Below, piece after piece: positions 5,850 to 9,398 of a stretch of DNA of 9,398 bases. Each line of letters starts with the position of its first letter. Position 1 is the first letter of the stretch. Source of the DNA: an uncultured Eubacteriales bacterium (GTDB taxonomy: Bacteria > Bacillota > Clostridia > Oscillospirales > Acutalibacteraceae); the NCBI GenBank assembly GCA_934444895.1, contig CAKSDA010000061.1, positions 1-9,398 on the forward strand. Direction: 5' to 3'. Position numbers and translations under genes: made by a program. The notes under the pieces were generated by a model that was not told where the DNA came from, made no database searches, and saw only the letters and a program-made list of their open reading frames with translations.

Positions 5850-5928
5850 ATGACTTTTAAATATAAAAAAGGCTGTTGTAATTTAAAGTATTTTTCAAAA
5901 ACTTTAAAAAAGCTTTGAAAAAACAGGA

Positions 5929-6711
5929 CTATATTCCGTAAAGCTCTTTTATATTTTCTCTTGAAGCTTTAAGAACCTCGTCGGTTGGCATACCCTTAAT
6001 TTCGGCAACCTTTGCGGCGGTGTAATAGATATAATCCGAACGGCAGCGTTTGCCTCTTTGCGGCTGAGGAGAAAGATATGGTGCGTCGGTTTCAAATATT
6101 ATGCGGTTTATGGGGACCGTTTTAACCACTTCTACCGATTTTTTTGCATTTTTGAATGTTACAACACCGCCGACACCTATATAAAGCCCTAGTTTTAAAG
6201 CTTCCGCAGCCATTTCTGCGCTGCCTGAAAAGCAGTGTATTATGCCTTTAGGCTTTGTTTGCTTCAAAATATTCATTGTGTCAAAATGCGCGTCTCTGTC
6301 ATGCACTATTACCGGCAAACAAACGCTATTTGCAAAATCAATTTGATCAACAAACCATTTTTTTTGAATTTCCGGATCAAACAGATTCCAATGGTAATCC
6401 AGACCTATTTCTCCTATTGCAACCACCTTATTGCAGTTAATAAGGGATTGCATTTTTTCTGTGTCAAGGCTTTTATCCGGATACAGATTTTCAGGATGCA
6501 CGCCGACAGCAGTATAAAAAATATCATATTTTTTTGAAAGGGCTATAAGTGTTTCGCTTGATGAATAGTCAATACCGGCATTTATAACGCCTATAACACC
6601 GTTTTCTTTAATGGAAGTAATAACTTCGCTTAGATCGTCTTTAAATGCGTCGTCGTCATAATGAGCGTGGCCGTCGAAAATATTAAATCCCGGTAAATTA
6701 TAATTTTCCAT
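5929..6711 (-). CDS. tatD: TatD-family metal-dependent hydrolase/DNase (YabD-like).
   Basis: The TatD motif series is present: FDGHAH (HxH), IGEIGLDYHW, VIVHDRDAH, IIHCFSGS and ETDAPYLSP. Its position immediately downstream of metG matches the Bacillus metS-yabD arrangement. Its ATG overlaps the metG stop as TAATG at 6709-6713. Confidence 0.92.
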   Translation of the reverse strand: MENYNLPGFNIFDGHAHYDDDAFKDDLSEVITSIKENGVIGVINAGIDYSSSETLIALSKKYDIFYTAVGVHPENLYPDKSLDTEKMQSLINCNKVVAIGEIGLDYHWNLFDPEIQKKWFVDQIDFANSVCLPVIVHDRDAHFDTMNILKQTKPKGIIHCFSGSAEMAAEALKLGLYIGVGGVVTFKNAKKSVEVVKTVPINRIIFETDAPYLSPQPQRGKRCRSDYIYYTAAKVAEIKGMPTDEVLKASRENIKELYGI

Positions 6712-8696
6712 TATCTGATTTTGCTCCCGGCGGGAACTCCGTCAAGAAATACCACCTTAACATCGTTTTCGCCGGCATCGGCAGCAAGAATCATGCCATT
6801 GCTTTCCACGCCGCAAAGTTTTGCCGGTTTAAGATTCGAAACCAGGATAATTGTTTTGCCGGTAAGTTGTTCAGGAGAATACCAAGGTGAAATTCCGGAC
6901 GCTACAGTACGCGGAGTACCGCTTCCATCATCAAGGGTGAGCTTAAGCAATTTTTTAGATCTTTTTACAGGTTCGCAGGCAGTGATTTTTGCGGCTCTCA
7001 GTTCTACTTTTGCAAAATCGTCTATTGATATTTGCTCAACGGTGACAATGTTGCTGTTTTCTTTATTATTGTCTTTGTTGCTATTTTCTTCTTTGTTATT
7101 GTCCTCTTTTGCACTTTCGGCTTTTGCGGCTTTTTCATTTTCAGCAGTAATTTCCGCTATTTCCTTTTGCATATCAAGTCTTGCAAAAAGCGGTTCGGCT
7201 TCATTTACGCTAAATGATTCCGTAAGTCCATAAACAAGGTTTGATGCATCTATTTCTTCGTCCAAACCTTCCTGTCTTGCAATTTTTTCAGAGGTGGAAG
7301 GAATAACGGGGAATAACATTATGCTCAAAAGTCTTATACATTCAAGCAAATTATACAGAACGCCTTCCAGCCTTTTTTGCGCCGTCTCGTCTTTTGCCAG
7401 AACCCAAGGAGTAGTTTCATCAATATACTTGTTGCAGCGCTTTGCAAGGGTCATTATTTCATGAACTGCTTCTGCATTATGATAACACTCCATAAGCAAC
7501 TTATATTTTTCTATACATTTGTTCGCGGTGCTTACCAAATCGTTGTCAAAATCACTGCTTAAGGGTTGTTTTGCAACTTTGCCGCCGAAATACTTATTTG
7601 TCATTGCAATGCTGCGGTTTACAAGATTGCCTAAATTATTTGCCAAATCGCTGTTATAGGCATTTATAAAGGATTCGTAGGTAATGGTTCCGTCCTGCGC
7701 AAAAGGAACTTCGCTTAACAGATAATAACGCACTGCGTCAACGCTAAAGCGTTTTGCAAGATCGTCGGCATATATTACATTGCCTTTTGACTTGCTCATT
7801 TTATCTTCACCGAATAAAATCCACGGATGGCCCAAAACATGTTTTGGAAGCGGCTCGCCCAGTGCCATTAATATAATTGGCCAATATATTGTGTGGAAGC
7901 GAACAATATCCTTCCCTATAACATGAAGATCAGCCGGCCAGTATTTATTATACTTTTCACTTTTGTTGTCCGGAGAATATCCGATTCCGGTAATGTAGTT
8001 TGAAAGTGCGTCGATCCAAACATATATAACATGTTTTTTGTCAAAATCAACCGGAATACCCCATTTAAAGGACGATCTGGATACACAAAGGTCCTCAAGC
8101 CCGGGCTTTAAAAAGTTGTTAATCATTTCATTCCGTCTTGAGTCAGGTTTAATAAAATCAGGATTCTTTTCATAATAGTCAAGAAGTCGGTCGCTGTATT
8201 TTGAAAGCTTTAAAAAGTAGGCTTCCTCTTTTGCGTCGGTAACATCGCGTCCGCAGTCGGGACACTTGCCGTCGACAAGTTGAGAAGGAGTAAAGAATGA
8301 TTCGCAGGGAACACAGTATTTTCCCTCATAAGTGCTTTTATATATGTCCCCCTGATCATAAAGCTTTTTAAATATTTTTTTAACTGCTTGCTCATGGTCA
8401 CTGTCGGTAGTGCGAATAAATCTGTCGTATGTTGTGTTCATGCAGTCCCAAACTTTTTTGATTTCGGATGAAACTTCGTCAACATATTCCTTAGGGCTTA
8501 TGCCTTTTTTTGTTGCGTATTCTTCTATTTTTTGTCCGTGTTCATCAGATCCGGTAAGAAAATAAACATCATATCCGCTCATTCTTTTATATCTTGCTAT
8601 CATATCGGCAAGAACAATATCATATGTGTTTCCGATATGCGGTTTTCTGGAAGTGTATGCAATTGCCGTTGTGATATAGAATTTTTCTTTTTCCAT
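6711..8696 (-). CDS. metG: Methionine--tRNA ligase with a C-terminal Trbp111/EMAPII-like tRNA-binding domain.
   Basis: The class I signatures HIGN (KPHIGNTYD) and KMSKS (DKMSKSKGN) are present. The zinc knuckle is CVPC...CPDC. The C-terminal 111 aa (VTVEQISIDDFAKVELRAAKI...) is typical of the dimerisation/tRNA-binding domain. The RBS GGAGG sits about 9 nt upstream of the ATG. Confidence 0.98.
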   Translation of the reverse strand: MEKEKFYITTAIAYTSRKPHIGNTYDIVLADMIARYKRMSGYDVYFLTGSDEHGQKIEEYATKKGISPKEYVDEVSSEIKKVWDCMNTTYDRFIRTTDSDHEQAVKKIFKKLYDQGDIYKSTYEGKYCVPCESFFTPSQLVDGKCPDCGRDVTDAKEEAYFLKLSKYSDRLLDYYEKNPDFIKPDSRRNEMINNFLKPGLEDLCVSRSSFKWGIPVDFDKKHVIYVWIDALSNYITGIGYSPDNKSEKYNKYWPADLHVIGKDIVRFHTIYWPIILMALGEPLPKHVLGHPWILFGEDKMSKSKGNVIYADDLAKRFSVDAVRYYLLSEVPFAQDGTITYESFINAYNSDLANNLGNLVNRSIAMTNKYFGGKVAKQPLSSDFDNDLVSTANKCIEKYKLLMECYHNAEAVHEIMTLAKRCNKYIDETTPWVLAKDETAQKRLEGVLYNLLECIRLLSIMLFPVIPSTSEKIARQEGLDEEIDASNLVYGLTESFSVNEAEPLFARLDMQKEIAEITAENEKAAKAESAKEDNNKEENSNKDNNKENSNIVTVEQISIDDFAKVELRAAKITACEPVKRSKKLLKLTLDDGSGTPRTVASGISPWYSPEQLTGKTIILVSNLKPAKLCGVESNGMILAADAGENDVKVVFLDGVPAGSKIR

Positions 8697-8838
8697 TAGT
8701 AAACCTCCGAATTGTGGATAGGCTCTTGATCGTTGAACCTGCCACGCCTACAAATAATACGGTAAAAAAATAAGCGAGCAAAGCCATATGGTATCAGAGT
8801 CTCACCGACATAAAAATTTTTCACTTTATATACAAAAA

Positions 8839-8867
8839 TAGTATAACAATTTTCATAAGATTTTACA
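8839..8867 (-). promoter_or_regulatory. Sigma-A type promoter for metG-tatD, with an extended -10.
   Basis: Reading the minus strand: TTGTAA (8867-8862), a 17-nt spacer ending in TGT, then TATACT (8844-8839). This predicts a 5' leader of roughly 135 nt. Confidence 0.5.
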
Positions 8868-8897
8868 AGTGTATAAAGGTAAAAAAGTAAGTGTCTA

Positions 8898-8925
8898 CTT
8901 GAAAAAACAGGCAAATGTGATAAAA
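8898..8925 (+). promoter_or_regulatory. Sigma-A type promoter for the ABC-F gene, with an extended -10.
   Basis: TTGAAA (8898-8903), a 16-nt spacer ending in TGA, then TAAAAT (8920-8925). It lies about 20 nt upstream of the GGGGA RBS (8946-8950). Confidence 0.5.
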
Positions 8926-8956
8926 TATAATAAATATATAATTTATGGGGAAAGCA

Positions 8957-9398
8957 TATGTCTATTATTTCTGCCGTCGGTTTAAAAAAAGAATTTGCCG
9001 ATCGGCTGTTATTCGAAAACGCAAACTTTTCTGTGGAAAAGGGAGATATTATAGGTCTTATAGGCGCAAACGGATGCGGAAAGACAACGCTGTTCAAAAT
9101 AATAATAGGAAGTGAAGAACCAAGCGGCGGCAGTGTTGTAAGAGCTTTTGGTAAAAACATCGGATATTTGGATCAGTTTGTTTGCAAAAGCAGTGAAAAA
9201 ACCGCATACGAAGAAACTCTTTCGGTGTTTTGTGACCTTATTGAAACCGAAAACTTAATTAATAAAATAAATCATGAACTCACAGTTAAACCGGATTCCG
9301 ATCTTATTGAGAAACAAACCTATCTTACTGAAAAGTTTCAATCAAACGGCGGACTTACTTATAAAAGCAGAACCATGTCGGTATTGACCGGGCTGGGA
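8957..9398 (+). CDS. ABC-F family ATPase (ABC ATP-binding protein without a TM domain). This is the N-terminal fragment, truncated by the window edge.
   Basis: The frame is open from ATG 8957 to the window end, so it is absent from the ORF track. The translation begins MSIISAVGLKKEFADRLLFENANFSVEKGDIIGLIGANGCGKTTLFKIIIGSEEPSGGSV...IGYLDQ. Walker A is GANGCGKTT. The following helical segment ending ...SVLTGLG is typical of ABC-F proteins. Confidence 0.85.

Noticed and set aside
5841-5918. A 25-aa ORF (MINMTFKYKKGCCNLKYFSKTLKKL) in the spacer downstream of tatD.
   Set aside because: It has no RBS, sits in an AT-rich low-complexity context and has no supporting signal.
5893-5925. The long A/T palindrome TTTTTCAAA...TTTGAAAAA just downstream of the tatD stop, considered as the tatD terminator.
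   Set aside because: The stem is almost purely A-U with an internal mismatch, and it is not followed by a U-run on the minus strand. The hairpin at 5738-5770 acting bidirectionally is a better candidate, although that is unproven.
6721-7233. A 170-aa plus-strand ORF inside metG. Smaller antisense or out-of-frame ORFs at 1038-1226, 1590-1955, 1666-1893, 1742-1939, 2187-2390, 2362-2577, 6235-6537, 6255-6440, 7032-7217, 7377-7562, 7916-8098 and 8210-8401 fall in the same class.
   Set aside because: All lie within, or antisense to, confidently identified conserved genes. Their composition is low-complexity (S/L/F-rich) and they have no RBS. I treat them as frame shadows.
8697-8832. A possible T-box (UAGGCGUGGCA vs UAGGGUGGUA) or S-box (AUCAAGAG) fragment in the metG leader.
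   Set aside because: These are only short partial matches. There is no antiterminator/terminator pair, no Stem I or specifier-loop architecture, and just 30-60 nt of room before the start codon.
8696-9160. A 154-aa minus-strand ORF spanning the metG/ABC-F intergenic region.
   Set aside because: It runs through two promoter regions and is antisense to the clearly coding ABC-F N-terminus (Walker A on the plus strand). Its stop overlaps the metG start by chance.

Overview
This is a low-GC, Firmicutes/Clostridia-like chromosomal segment made up almost entirely of housekeeping genes. The taxon is a guess from composition, SD sequences and gene content.

Plus-strand genes, in order:
- the 3' tail of a truncated, unusually GC-rich ORF (1-135)
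- an orphan 141-aa ORF (140-565), followed by a strong intrinsic terminator
- a histidine-phosphatase-family gene with a near-consensus sigma-A promoter
- ruvX (YqgF-type resolvase/nuclease)
- a PHP-domain phosphoesterase
- a PTS-EIIC-like polytopic membrane protein
- pyruvate kinase

A 380-nt spacer follows. It meets the convergent minus-strand pair metG-tatD, whose stop and start overlap as TAATG. A 260-nt divergent promoter region then leads into a 5' fragment of an ABC-F ATPase that runs off the right edge. Both edge ORFs are missing from the supplied ORF track because they lack an in-window start or stop.

I see no CRISPR array, tRNA/rRNA, transposase, integrase, toxin-antitoxin pair or recognisable defence gene, and I cannot support a claim of a novel multi-gene system here.

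The parts the annotated genes do not explain are:
- the sharp compositional and reading-frame ambiguity at the left edge (1-565)
- the pyk/tatD convergent spacer, which holds a GC-rich three-stem element, a promoter-like site feeding a 12-nt tandem repeat array that ends in a terminator (candidate small RNA), and a 16-nt-phased AT-rich motif
- a roughly 190-nt non-coding stretch upstream of the phosphatase promoter

All of these are sequence-level observations that need transcriptomic or comparative confirmation.
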